A stretch of 64,000 bases of DNA from a virus (taxonomy: Duplodnaviria; Caudoviricetes): IMG/VR virus record IMGVR_UViG_3300046694_000619. One strand, given 5' to 3'. The notes beneath the pieces were generated by a model that was not told the origin of the DNA, ran no database searches, and saw nothing but the letters and a program-made list of their open reading frames with translations. The translations under genes were made by a program, and so were the position numbers. Shown here piece by piece: positions 21,113-29,943 of this stretch (within the stretch, counting starts at the first letter, position 1; each line of letters starts with the position of its first letter).

Positions 21113-23617
21113 TCACTGCTGCCAGGTAACGCTCACCAGGCCATTCAAGCCCTGACCGTTGATGCCGCCCGCACCGGCAGAACCACGCAGCGAAGAACCG
21201 GCGTTGCCCGGCGTGGTGCCCGAGCCGCCGAGCAACGCTGCGCCTGTAGCGCCCGCCTCAATGTAGCCGGAGCCACCACCACCACCCGCGCCGCCCGAGC
21301 AGCCACCGCCGGTACCACCTGAGCCACCGCCGAAATAGCCGCCACCGCCGCCGCCGGATGCGCCGTTGCCAGAAAAGCCATAGCCAGAAATGCCGCCGCC
21401 ACCGTAGTTAAAGCCGGACATGCTGGACGCGGGCCCGCCGTGAAGCGAAGAGCCAGGTTGTCCGCCGCCACCACCTCCGGTCATGGAGCCGCCTGTGCCC
21501 CCGGCGCTTTGATTGCCGCCACCACCACCGCCCGAATTTGTAGGCGCGGTGGACGACGCGCCGCCGCCTGCAACACCAGTAGCGCCACCACCTGCACCGC
21601 CCGCGCCACCGACACCGCCCGCGGGACTAACCGAATACGTCGGGCAGACGGCGGTGCCGCCACCGCTGCCACCCGCACCGCCTCCACCGCCCGCGGCCAT
21701 CGCCAACGTGCCGTTGATATACGCAAATGAACCGCCGCCGCCGGTGCCGCCTTGGTACGTCGAGGCGCTTGTCGTGCACTGACTGGAGCCATATTCGCAA
21801 GTACCGTTGCTGGTGCCGCCTTGGCCCACGCGCACGAGAAGCGTGGCGCTGACGGGCACGGGGATAGTCGCTCCTGCATAACCACCGCCACCGCCTTGGC
21901 CCGAGTATCCGCCGCCACCGGCACCCCACATGGCAATGCTGGCGTGGCCGCACGCAGCTGGCGCCGTTACCGAGTAATCCGAAAGCTGCGTGACGGTAAC
22001 CGTGCCACCCGGGCAGGCCGGCGTCCCTGTCAGCGCGACCGGAACGCTCGTGTCCTGCGAACTGACCATCAGGTTTCCCGACAGCGCCGTCGACGTTCTC
22101 GGCGCGTAGGTCAGGGTCGCCGTGCAGCTTGTCCCTGCAGCTAGTGCCTGTCCGCAGGTATCAGTCTCGGTTACACCAGTCGGCAAGGAGAACGACAACT
22201 TCGTTGTCGCGATATTGCCGTTGTTCGTGAGTGTTACTGTCTTGACCAGGCTGCTTGCAGTGCTGACGCTACCGAAGTCCACGGCCGTCGGCGACGCGAC
22301 CAACTTCGTACCTTGACCTGTGCCGGACAGGTTGACAGTCGTGTCGCCGGAGCTCGCCGATACCTTGACGGTGCCCGTGGCCGCGCCGATTGCGGTTGGC
22401 GTGAAAGTGACGCTGACCGTACAGTTCGCGTTCGCCGCGAGCGAAGAGCCGCAGGTGTTCGTCACACTGAACGGACCGGTACCCGTGATGCCAGTCACGC
22501 CGAGGGGTTTGTCCCCTGTGTTGGTGAGCGTGAGCGTCTTCGCGCTCGACGGTGTGCTTACGGCCTGGTTATCGAAGCTCAGTGCCGTTGCCGACAGCGT
22601 TCCGTATCCGAGCTTGGCCACGAAGAGCTGGTATGCCTGCTGACCAGTCTTTGCCTTGTATGCGGCCTGAATCGTGAATGTGCTAGTGCTGCCCGCCGGC
22701 GGCGTTCCCGCGATGACCCCGTCAGAAGTAAGGCTCAGGCCGACTGGAAGGCTGCCGCCGACCACGCTCCAGGTAACCCCCGCGCCGGTGTAGGCAGCGT
22801 CACCTGAGACAGAAAGACGGGGCTTGAGGTCGTAGCTGTAGGCCGATGACTGGGTGGCGTCGGGCAGTGCCGCGCTAGCCAGCGTGACAGTAATCGCCCC
22901 CACCGCGACCTGGTAGGCCTGCTGACCCGAGCGGGTTTTGTATGCGGCCTGAACCGTAAAGGGCGTTCCGGCGTTTTCTGCCGTCGGGATTCCGGCGATG
23001 ACGCCATTGGCTCCGAGGCTCAGTCCGGCCGGCAGCGCTCCGCTGACGACACTCCAGGTGACGCCCGTGCCTGTGTAAGCCGAATCGCCTGACACAGCGA
23101 GGGAGGGCGTGAGGTCATAGCTGTATGGCGCACCTTGGGTCCCGTCCGGCAGGCCTGAAGCAGCCAGGGAGACGACCAGGTTGTTGATGGTGACGGAGTA
23201 GCTCTGCTCACCGGCCTTGGTCTTGTAGCTCGCCAGCAGCTGAAAGTTCGAGTTGGCCGGGGCTGCCGGCGTACCGGAGAGCTTGCCGTCCGTGCTGAGT
23301 GTCAAGCCAGCGGGCAATGCGCCGCTCGCTACGGACCAGCGCACATTGCTTGCGCTAAATTGCGGGTCACCTTTGACCTGCAGCACCGAGTTGAAGTCGA
23401 AGCCCGCGTACGCCTCCCCAACCAAACCCTGAGGCAGGCTGTACGCACTGAGCGAAACCAGAATGTTGCCAGCCGTTGCGGTCCGATTCGGCACCGGGAC
23501 AACCACGTAATAGTTCGTGGCGAACGACGAGGCCGAGGCTACCAGCAGCGAGGCTGCGAGGAGCTGCTTCAAGCGGGTCAGCCGGAATGGCGAGTGCGAG
23601 GAGGTCGATTGGTCCAT
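21113..23617 (-). CDS. Secreted Ig-repeat/choice-of-anchor-D protein with Gly-rich C-terminal domain
   Basis: Three tandem ~90-aa putative Ig repeats (LPAGLSL...G.I.G.P...YKT..G.Q.Y), two ASH-like domains, WGAGGGG Gly-rich tail. Confidence 0.8.
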   Translation of the reverse strand: MDQSTSSHSPFRLTRLKQLLAASLLVASASSFATNYYVVVPVPNRTATAGNILVSLSAYSLPQGLVGEAYAGFDFNSVLQVKGDPQFSASNVRWSVASGALPAGLTLSTDGKLSGTPAAPANSNFQLLASYKTKAGEQSYSVTINNLVVSLAASGLPDGTQGAPYSYDLTPSLAVSGDSAYTGTGVTWSVVSGALPAGLSLGANGVIAGIPTAENAGTPFTVQAAYKTRSGQQAYQVAVGAITVTLASAALPDATQSSAYSYDLKPRLSVSGDAAYTGAGVTWSVVGGSLPVGLSLTSDGVIAGTPPAGSTSTFTIQAAYKAKTGQQAYQLFVAKLGYGTLSATALSFDNQAVSTPSSAKTLTLTNTGDKPLGVTGITGTGPFSVTNTCGSSLAANANCTVSVTFTPTAIGAATGTVKVSASSGDTTVNLSGTGQGTKLVASPTAVDFGSVSTASSLVKTVTLTNNGNIATTKLSFSLPTGVTETDTCGQALAAGTSCTATLTYAPRTSTALSGNLMVSSQDTSVPVALTGTPACPGGTVTVTQLSDYSVTAPAACGHASIAMWGAGGGGYSGQGGGGGYAGATIPVPVSATLLVRVGQGGTSNGTCEYGSSQCTTSASTYQGGTGGGGSFAYINGTLAMAAGGGGGAGGSGGGTAVCPTYSVSPAGGVGGAGGAGGGATGVAGGGASSTAPTNSGGGGGGNQSAGGTGGSMTGGGGGGQPGSSLHGGPASSMSGFNYGGGGISGYGFSGNGASGGGGGGYFGGGSGGTGGGCSGGAGGGGGSGYIEAGATGAALLGGSGTTPGNAGSSLRGSAGAGGINGQGLNGLVSVTWQQ

Positions 23618-23708
23618 TTGTCAAGGCAAATCAGAGGTTTCGTAGTATAGGAGTCACTATCTGCCGGCCTATACCAGAATGAGTCAAACTTAATTTCTGG
23701 AGGGTCAT

Positions 23709-24032
23709 ATGAACATCATTCGCACAATTCTTTTCATCGTCCTTCTCTCGCTGGGGCTGTCAGCCAAGGCGCAAGTCAAGGAGTACGTGGTCGCACCGGA
23801 TGTACAGGTGCAGTATTTCAACGGCGAAATGCGCTTCTGCGAACGAGCAAACCTGCGCGGCATCACTTGTGGCTCCGAGCGGAAGATTTTCGGCAAGCAC
23901 TTTTTCGCCGCACGGGACTGGTGGAAGCCGGAGACATACGTCCAGGCCGTCACCGGTCTGAACGAATTTACGCTGTGGAGCGCCGAGCCCACGCCCGATG
24001 GCCGCGGCATCGTCATCTATTACAGCCGCTGA
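23709..24032 (+). CDS. Secreted hypothetical protein
   Basis: Signal peptide, GGAGG RBS. Confidence 0.65.
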   Translation: MNIIRTILFIVLLSLGLSAKAQVKEYVVAPDVQVQYFNGEMRFCERANLRGITCGSERKIFGKHFFAARDWWKPETYVQAVTGLNEFTLWSAEPTPDGRGIVIYYSR

Positions 24033-24062
24033 CACACCAAGTTCGACACTGACGTTTCTCTC

Positions 24063-24095
24063 AAAGCCACGGCAATTGCTGTGGCTTTTCTTTTT
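24063..24095 (+). terminator. Intrinsic terminator
   Basis: aaagccacggc-aatt-gctgtggcttttcttttt. Confidence 0.75.
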
Positions 24096-24228
24096 CCGCT
24101 CGGCCATTCACACGACGCTCAGCCGCCGTATATCATCCAACACGTATTCGGTCAAGTCGCGTTCCTATACTCAAGACCTTTGAGCCACCCTTCCCGGTGG
24201 CGTACGAATTCACGAGTAGCAGGTACGC

Positions 24229-26064
24229 ATGGACCTCATTTCAAAACTGCTGGATAGCCAGGAGGCGTCGGCCGCAGCCTTCGGGTTTCTGGCCTACGCC
24301 TTGTTTATTGTGTGGCGCCGCGCGTCGGCGCGCTGGGTGAACTGGTTCCCGCCACTCGCCAAGATTGCTCGCCTCGCGCTCTATGCCTGCGCGCTCGTCG
24401 TCGGCTTCATCGGCTTTCGCGTACTCACCAACGCGGATGCGTCGCCTTACACCTGGCTGCTCGTCGTTGGTGGTGGCTGTACGGGTCCCGTGCTGAACCG
24501 CGTGTCCCGCTTCCTGCGCCCGAAAGAAAAGATTCGCCGCGGCGCGCGCGTGGGCACGCCCGCTGACGTCAACAAGCAGAGTAGCAAGGAGATGCCGTCC
24601 AGCGACTTCAAGGACAGCTTCGAGATGGGCGGCGTGAAAATCCCGCGCTCGGCCGAACCGTATCACTTCTTCGTGGTCGGCTCGACGGGTACGGGTAAGT
24701 CGGTGGCCATCACCAACCTCATGGACGAAATCGAAGCGCGCGGCGACATCGCGCTCGTCGTCGACTCGGGTGGTGAGTTTTCTTCGCGCTACTTCAAGCC
24801 GGGCCGCGACCACATCCTGAATCCGTTCGACGACCGTTGCGCACCCTGGTCGCCTACTGCAGAGCTTGCGGGCCCTTGGGACGCTGAAGCGCTCGCCAAG
24901 TCGATGGTGCCGGACGGTGTCGGAGACTCGAAGGAATGGAACGGCTACGCGCAGACGTTCGTGACGTCCGTGTTGCGTCGGCTCATGGCATTGAACCGCC
25001 TCTCCATCAAGGACCTGCTGTACTACGTCCAGGCCGCGCCCATCGAGGAGCTCACGCCATTGCTGGCCGGCACGTCGGCCGCCGCACAACTGGTTTCGGA
25101 CCGGACTTTCGGGTCCATCCGGACGATTGCGACCAACTATCTGTCGACGTACGCGTATCTGTCGGACAACGACAACCCCTTCTCGGTGGCGAAGTTCATC
25201 CGTGCCGAAAAGCCGGGATTCCTGTTCTTCACGTACCGCGACGACCAGCTCGATTCGCTGCGCAACATGATTGCCTGCGCGCTTGACGTAGCGGCGCGGA
25301 CCATCCTTGCGTTGCCTGCCAATAGTGAGCGACGGGTATGGCTCATCATCGACGAGTTCGCCTCAATCGGCAAAGTGCAGAGCATCGAGGCCGTGGCAAC
25401 CAAGGCACGGAAGATGGGTGGTTGCCTGCTGATTGGTCTGCAGTCGGTTTCGCAGTTGCAGGAACGCTACGGCGAGAAGGGCGCGCAAACCATTCTGTCG
25501 TGCTTGAGCTCCTGGCTCGTGCTGCGCTGCTCCGACGCGGAGACATCTGAGTACGTCTCGAGGTACATCGGCGATACGGAAATCTCCCGCATGACCCGCT
25601 CGGAGTCTACTTCCGACACGGGCGGCGGCTCGGACTCACGCAACGAACAGATTCAGACCCAGCGCGCGGTGATGCCGGTGGAGCTGCAAAAACTTGTCAA
25701 CCTGCACGGCTTCTTCAAGCTCGCCGGCGGCTACCCCATCTGCAACGTCAAGCTGAGCTACCCCAAGAAGCGCGAAGCACGCTCCCAGAAATACGCCGAA
25801 CGCGACTTCATCGCGAAGCCGATGCTCGACCTCATTCCGGCTACCACTCCGGCGAGCCCGGCTGGTGGAAGTGAAGGCGCGGGACAGGGCATGCAACCGC
25901 AGGCCCACGCCGAGGACGCGAACACGTCGGTCGCCGACACGCATCCGACCGCTGAAACCGAACAAGCCACCTTGCGGGTCCGCAAGAGCCCGCTCGAAGA
26001 GGGGCCTGCCGCCCTCGAAGAAATTCTGAATGAACTGGCAGAAGCGTTCGAAAACGATTTTTAA
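24229..26064 (+). CDS. traD: Type IV secretion coupling protein (TraD/TrwB family)
   Basis: N-terminal TM segments, GSTGTGKS, ILNPFD.R...WSP, WLIIDEFAS, LQSVSQL. Confidence 0.85.
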   Translation: MDLISKLLDSQEASAAAFGFLAYALFIVWRRASARWVNWFPPLAKIARLALYACALVVGFIGFRVLTNADASPYTWLLVVGGGCTGPVLNRVSRFLRPKEKIRRGARVGTPADVNKQSSKEMPSSDFKDSFEMGGVKIPRSAEPYHFFVVGSTGTGKSVAITNLMDEIEARGDIALVVDSGGEFSSRYFKPGRDHILNPFDDRCAPWSPTAELAGPWDAEALAKSMVPDGVGDSKEWNGYAQTFVTSVLRRLMALNRLSIKDLLYYVQAAPIEELTPLLAGTSAAAQLVSDRTFGSIRTIATNYLSTYAYLSDNDNPFSVAKFIRAEKPGFLFFTYRDDQLDSLRNMIACALDVAARTILALPANSERRVWLIIDEFASIGKVQSIEAVATKARKMGGCLLIGLQSVSQLQERYGEKGAQTILSCLSSWLVLRCSDAETSEYVSRYIGDTEISRMTRSESTSDTGGGSDSRNEQIQTQRAVMPVELQKLVNLHGFFKLAGGYPICNVKLSYPKKREARSQKYAERDFIAKPMLDLIPATTPASPAGGSEGAGQGMQPQAHAEDANTSVADTHPTAETEQATLRVRKSPLEEGPAALEEILNELAEAFENDF

Positions 26065-27447
26065 ATGAACTCCTTGCTCATCCCAAATCCGAGCCAGCCC
26101 CACGATACTTACCGGATTCTGGTGGCAGACGATTCCCCGGTCCTCCGGGGCGTTTTCCGGTCCTTCAATACCGGTGAGGTGATTGTGCGCGACGTGGTTA
26201 CAGACCGCCCGGCCCTCATTCGAGCCTTGAAGGATGCGCACGACCTTGACGCCGTGCTGTGTTCCGACCATCTGGCCGGCCGCTACGGCGGCGTCCTCGC
26301 CCTCAATGAGCTTCGCGAGAGCAAGCTGCTGCCACACGAAACCGCCTTCATCATGATGAGCGGTGACGCACGCCGGTCCAACCTGATGGTGGACATCGAG
26401 GCGAAGCCCGACAGCATCCTGCTCAAGCCGTTTGCGCCCGCGACGCTTGTGCGCAAGCTGGCTCAAACGGTGCCGGTGCGTCGCGCGCTGGCCCATGTGC
26501 GCCGGCAGGCCGACGCTCAGAACTGGGGCGACGTCCTGCGCGTGACTAACCGGATGCTGGAGGAGGGCACGGACTTCCCGACGGCTGTGCTATCGCTCAA
26601 ACTGGAGGCGCTGAGCAAGCTCGGGCAGCACGATGTAGTCATGGCCCTGTACGAGACCATCCTGGAGAACTCGCCCAGGTCGGTCGCGCTCCTCGAGCCT
26701 ATCGCGCGCTATGCCTACGACCAAGGCCAGCTGGTGAACGCAGAGAAGACGCTTGTGCGCATGTTGGCGCTGCAGCCGGCAAACTGCTTCGCAGCGGACC
26801 TGCTCGCAGACATCAAGCTCGAGCGCGGCGACTCGGTCGGGGCGCAGCTCCAGCTGCATCAGGCACTGCGGCACTCGCCTAATAGTATTGGGCGCCACCG
26901 TGCGCTCGGTCACATTGCGCTGCTCAACAACGACCTGGTTACGGCACAGCGCGCATATGCGGCCGCGATGCGACTCAATGCGGAAACATTCGGGCTCAGC
27001 GAGGTCGACGTCGCGAACGTTGTACGTGCTCTGTTGCTTAACGGCGACAACCTGCACGCCAATCGAGCCATCCGCGACGCACGGCATGTATTGCGGGAAA
27101 ACCTGGTGCTCGACGTGCTTCAGCAGCTCACCGAGGCTATGCTGTATCGCGAGTTTGACTCCTTCGGCCGGACGCAGCAACGCGTACAGCAAGGCATCGC
27201 GCTCCTGGAGCGCACCATCCTGCCCGACAATGGCGTAATGCTTTTGGCAGCCACGGAAGCGAGCTTGATGGCGTCACTTGCACATCGCGGGTACCAGCTC
27301 AGTTCTGCGTTACTGAACAAGCGTTCGCATGTTAAGTTGCATCCTGCACAAAAAAGATGGGCCGAGAAGCTTCACAAGTGGTCCAGAGATGTGCACAATG
27401 AAGTTCTGCCGGAAGGCATGTTGCAGTATCAGCAGTACATGCAGTAA
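26065..27447 (+). CDS. Response regulator receiver + TPR protein
   Basis: ILVADDS, LLKPF, TPR-like helices. Confidence 0.75.
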   Translation: MNSLLIPNPSQPHDTYRILVADDSPVLRGVFRSFNTGEVIVRDVVTDRPALIRALKDAHDLDAVLCSDHLAGRYGGVLALNELRESKLLPHETAFIMMSGDARRSNLMVDIEAKPDSILLKPFAPATLVRKLAQTVPVRRALAHVRRQADAQNWGDVLRVTNRMLEEGTDFPTAVLSLKLEALSKLGQHDVVMALYETILENSPRSVALLEPIARYAYDQGQLVNAEKTLVRMLALQPANCFAADLLADIKLERGDSVGAQLQLHQALRHSPNSIGRHRALGHIALLNNDLVTAQRAYAAAMRLNAETFGLSEVDVANVVRALLLNGDNLHANRAIRDARHVLRENLVLDVLQQLTEAMLYREFDSFGRTQQRVQQGIALLERTILPDNGVMLLAATEASLMASLAHRGYQLSSALLNKRSHVKLHPAQKRWAEKLHKWSRDVHNEVLPEGMLQYQQYMQ

Positions 27448-27528
27448 GTAACTCATTGATTTTGTTGGTGAGTTAAGTGTTAACACTTAGACGCGCGAAA
27501 ATATTTTCAACTTTTTTGAATTTGAGTG

Positions 27529-27556
27529 TTGACATGCAGGTTGGTGGTGCTATACT
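27529..27556 (+). promoter_or_regulatory. Strong sigma70-like promoter of the tRNA island
   Basis: TTGACA-N16-TATACT with extended -10 TG and upstream A/T tracts. Confidence 0.75.
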
Positions 27557-27632
27557 AGCTCACATGGTCCTCATAACCGAGGACTGAAACCAGCAGTAAA
27601 CCCAATTTACGAACATTTACGGAATCGAAATC

Positions 27633-27809
27633 ATGACACGCAGCCTCCGCCCAATCAACGCCGCCTCCACGCTTAATGCGTGGAATGGCGTTGTGCGCGT
27701 CGGATTCTCGCCGTCGAAAGATTGCGGTTTTAGCGCACTGAGCCTGGGCTTGGGTTATCAACCCGAGCATATTCAGGAACAGGTGCATTCCGGGAGGAAG
27801 GGCAGATAA
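27633..27809 (+). CDS. Putative attenuator leader peptide (58 aa)
   Basis: MTRSLRPINAASTLNAWNGVVRVGFSPSKDCGFSALSLGLGYQPEHIQEQVHSGRKGR, between promoter and terminator. Confidence 0.6.
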   Translation: MTRSLRPINAASTLNAWNGVVRVGFSPSKDCGFSALSLGLGYQPEHIQEQVHSGRKGR

Positions 27810-27838
27810 TATCGCCTAGACCTCAAGGTTCAAGACAG

Positions 27839-27878
27839 AACCCCCGGAATGCGCAAGCACCCGGGGGTTTTTGTTTTT
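27839..27878 (+). terminator. Attenuator-type intrinsic terminator upstream of the tRNA array
   Basis: aacccccgg-aatgc-gcaa-gcac-ccgggggtt followed by a U-tract. Confidence 0.8.
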
Positions 27879-28126
27879 AACCACCAAACAACGTGCCAAA
27901 CGGAACGAGACCGTGGCCAGCACGATACCGGCAAAGCCGGATGGCAAATGGGCGGGGTCCCGGATTGAAACTGCGGAGGAAACGCAGGAGTAAAATGGGC
28001 ATGCGGAGGGACGACCTCCGCACTTTTTCAAGGGTCTTGTCGACTTGTTAACCCGAGTAGGGTCCTTGAAAAAGCGATGACGCAGTCGCTTGATTGCGAA
28101 ATTTACGTTTTCATGTGATACATGAC

Positions 28127-28202
28127 GCCGGTTTAGCTCAGATGGAAGAGCTACTGTTTTGTAAACAGAGGGTCACGGGTTCGAATCCTGTAGCCGGCAC
28201 CA
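28127..28202 (+). tRNA. tRNA-Thr(TGT)
   Basis: Cloverleaf, loop TT-TGT-AA, CCA. Confidence 0.9.
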
Positions 28203-28213
28203 CCCATCACGCT

Positions 28214-28290
28214 CGGGGCATAGCGCAGTCTGGTAGCGCGTCTGCATGGGGTGCAGAAGGCCGCAGGTTCGAATCCTGCTGTCCCGACCA
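28214..28290 (+). tRNA. tRNA-Pro(GGG)
   Basis: Cloverleaf, loop AT-GGG-GT, CCA. Confidence 0.9.
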
Positions 28291-28300
28291 ACGGTTCAAT

Positions 28301-28376
28301 GCGGGTGTAGCTCAGATGGTAGAGCAGAAGCCTTCCAAGCTTAGTGTCGCGAGTTCGATTCTCGTCGCCCGCTCCA
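28301..28376 (+). tRNA. tRNA-Gly(TCC)
   Basis: Cloverleaf, CT-TCC-AA, U73, CCA. Confidence 0.9.
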
Positions 28377-28507
28377 GTTCCTTGTTGTCGCAGTCATGCG
28401 TTAAATGGCGTCTGCCGGTTGTCCTCTCTCCGGCGCGGTCACTGCGATAAGTGACGTGCTGGCAGGCAAGCTGCAAGCCGTGCTGACGGGAATCAGCGCG
28501 CAACGCT

Positions 28508-28591
28508 GCCCAGGTGGTGAAATGGAAGACACGCTGGTTTCAGAAGCCAGTGGCGAAAGCTGTGAGGGTTCGAGTCCCTCCCTGGGCACCA
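28508..28591 (+). tRNA. tRNA-Leu(CAG)
   Basis: Class II cloverleaf, TT-CAG-AA. Confidence 0.9.
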
Positions 28592-28644
28592 TTAGTACAA
28601 CTTACATGTAGTAGGTCGCAATCACTGCATGTTTTCGCTTCAAC

Positions 28645-28730
28645 GGGGATGTGGCTGAGTGGCCGAAGGCGGCGGACTGTAAATCCGTTCTGTAAAAAGC
28701 GCGATGGTTCGAATCCATCCGTCCCCACCA
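28645..28730 (+). tRNA. tRNA-Tyr(GTA)
   Basis: Class II cloverleaf, CT-GTA-AA. Confidence 0.9.
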
Positions 28731-28745
28731 CGATTTTTTTGCAAT

Positions 28746-28822
28746 GCCTAGGTAGCTCAGCATGGTAGAGCGCCGTCTTGATAAGGCGAGGGTCGCTGGT
28801 TCAAATCCAGCTCTAGGTACCA
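28746..28822 (+). tRNA. tRNA-Ile(GAT)
   Basis: TT-GAT-AA, CCA. Confidence 0.88.
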
Positions 28823-28832
28823 GTTTCACAAT

Positions 28833-28909
28833 TGGCCAGTAGCTCAGTTCGGTAGAGCGCTCCGCTGTTAACGGAAGGGTCACGGGTTCGAAGCCTGTCT
28901 GGCCAGCCA
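28833..28909 (+). tRNA. tRNA-Asn(GTT)
   Basis: CT-GTT-AA, G73, CCA. Confidence 0.88.
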
Positions 28910-28918
28910 ATTTACGAT

Positions 28919-29004
28919 GCACGTGTGGCCGAGCGGTTGAAGGCACTGGGCTGCAAACCCAGCGATGAAACTCCACGCCAGTTCGAATCTGGCCACGTGC
29001 TCCA
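28919..29004 (+). tRNA. tRNA-Cys(GCA) with long variable region
   Basis: CT-GCA-AA, U73, 14-nt variable region. Confidence 0.85.
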
Positions 29005-29031
29005 GTCGCTGTTGCTAGTTGTACGAATAAT

Positions 29032-29117
29032 GCACGCGTAGCCAAGAGGTCGAAGGCACAGGTCCGCAAAACCTACGACGCAAGTCCACGTCAGTTCGAA
29101 TCTGACCGCGTGCTCCA
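29032..29117 (+). tRNA. tRNA-Cys(GCA), C33 variant with variable arm
   Basis: CC-GCA-AA, U73, gac-gcaa-gtc arm. Confidence 0.82.
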
Positions 29118-29140
29118 GTAGTTCCTGAAGTTTGCTTTGC

Positions 29141-29214
29141 TCCGGTGTAGCTCAGTTCGGTAGAGCGCCTGGCTGTTAACCAGGATGTCGGTGGTTCGAA
29201 CCCACTCTCCGGAG
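29141..29214 (+). tRNA. tRNA-Asn(GTT), no encoded CCA
   Basis: CT-GTT-AA, followed by CAA. Confidence 0.85.
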
Positions 29215-29231
29215 CAAAGCAAAGTTTCAAT

Positions 29232-29308
29232 GCTCGGATAGCTCAGTTTGGTAGAGCGCCGGCCCGATAAGCCGTAGGTCGCTGGTTCAAATCCAGCTCC
29301 GAGTACCA
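29232..29308 (+). tRNA. tRNA-Ile(GAT), C33 variant
   Basis: CC-GAT-AA, CCA. Confidence 0.85.
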
Positions 29309-29316
29309 AGTTTTCT

Positions 29317-29392
29317 GCGGGAATAGCTCAGTTGGTAGAGCGCAACCTTGCCAAGGTTGAGGTCGCGAGTTCGAGACTCGTTTCCCGCTCCA
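29317..29392 (+). tRNA. tRNA-Gly(GCC)
   Basis: Canonical proteobacterial-type Gly-GCC sequence. Confidence 0.93.
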
Positions 29393-29403
29393 GGTTTGCC
29401 CTT

Positions 29404-29480
29404 GCAGGGGTAGCTCAGTTGGCTAGAGCATCTGCTTGCCATGCAGAAGGTCGCGAGTTCGAGTCTCGTTCCCTGCTCCA
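29404..29480 (+). tRNA. tRNA-Gly(GCC), divergent copy
   Basis: TT-GCC-AT, U73, CCA. Confidence 0.88.
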
Positions 29481-29488
29481 GTTTCATC

Positions 29489-29586
29489 GCCGAGATAGTC
29501 CGGTCGGTGCCGGTACGAATCCATAAGAGTTGTCGCTTGGTGACCCAGGCGCAGCCCACGCAGTTCGACTCTGCGTCTCGGCTCCA
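29489..29586 (+). ncRNA. Sec/allo-tRNA-like RNA, anticodon unclear
   Basis: GCCGAGA(T)/(G)TCTCGGC acceptor, CGGT D-tetraloop, long variable arm, TTCGACT T-loop, TCCA. Confidence 0.65.
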
Positions 29587-29595
29587 GCTTCATTT

Positions 29596-29672
29596 GCGGT
29601 AGTAGCTCAGCTGGTTAGAGCGCCGGCCTGTCGAGCCGGGGGTCACGGGTTCGAGTCCCGTCTGCCGCGCCA
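29596..29672 (+). tRNA. tRNA-Asp(GTC)
   Basis: CT-GTC-GA, G73, CCA. Confidence 0.9.
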
Positions 29673-29684
29673 GTTTCACCCGAT

Positions 29685-29760
29685 GTTCCGTTGGACTTTT
29701 GGTAAGGTCAGCAGGCTTTCAACCTGCGCAAGCTCGGTTCGAATCCGGCACGGAACTCCA
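29685..29760 (+). tRNA. tRNA-Glu(TTC)
   Basis: CT-TTC-AA, CCA; divergent D arm. Confidence 0.82.
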
Positions 29761-29769
29761 GATTACATT

Positions 29770-29845
29770 GCTCCGTTAACTCAGCGGCCAGAGTGCGTCC
29801 CTGTCCAGGACGAAGCCGAGGGTTCGACTCCCTCACGGGGCGCCA
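29770..29845 (+). tRNA. tRNA-Asp(GTC)
   Basis: CT-GTC-CA, G73, CCA. Confidence 0.88.
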
Positions 29846-29855
29846 GTTTCACAGC

Positions 29856-29931
29856 AGGGGGTAAATCGATTGGAGCAGATACTTGGCTTTGACCCAAGGT
29901 GAGTCGGGTTCGATTCCCACACCCCCTTCCA
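29856..29931 (+). tRNA. tRNA-Gln(TTG), atypical D and T arms
   Basis: CT-TTG-AC, AGGGGGT/ACCCCCT acceptor, CCA. Confidence 0.75.
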
Positions 29932-29943
29932 AAAAATCACAAC

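Noticed and set aside
21130-21930. GCC/GGC-rich low-complexity repeat
   Set aside because: Explained by the glycine-rich coding domain of 21113-23617.
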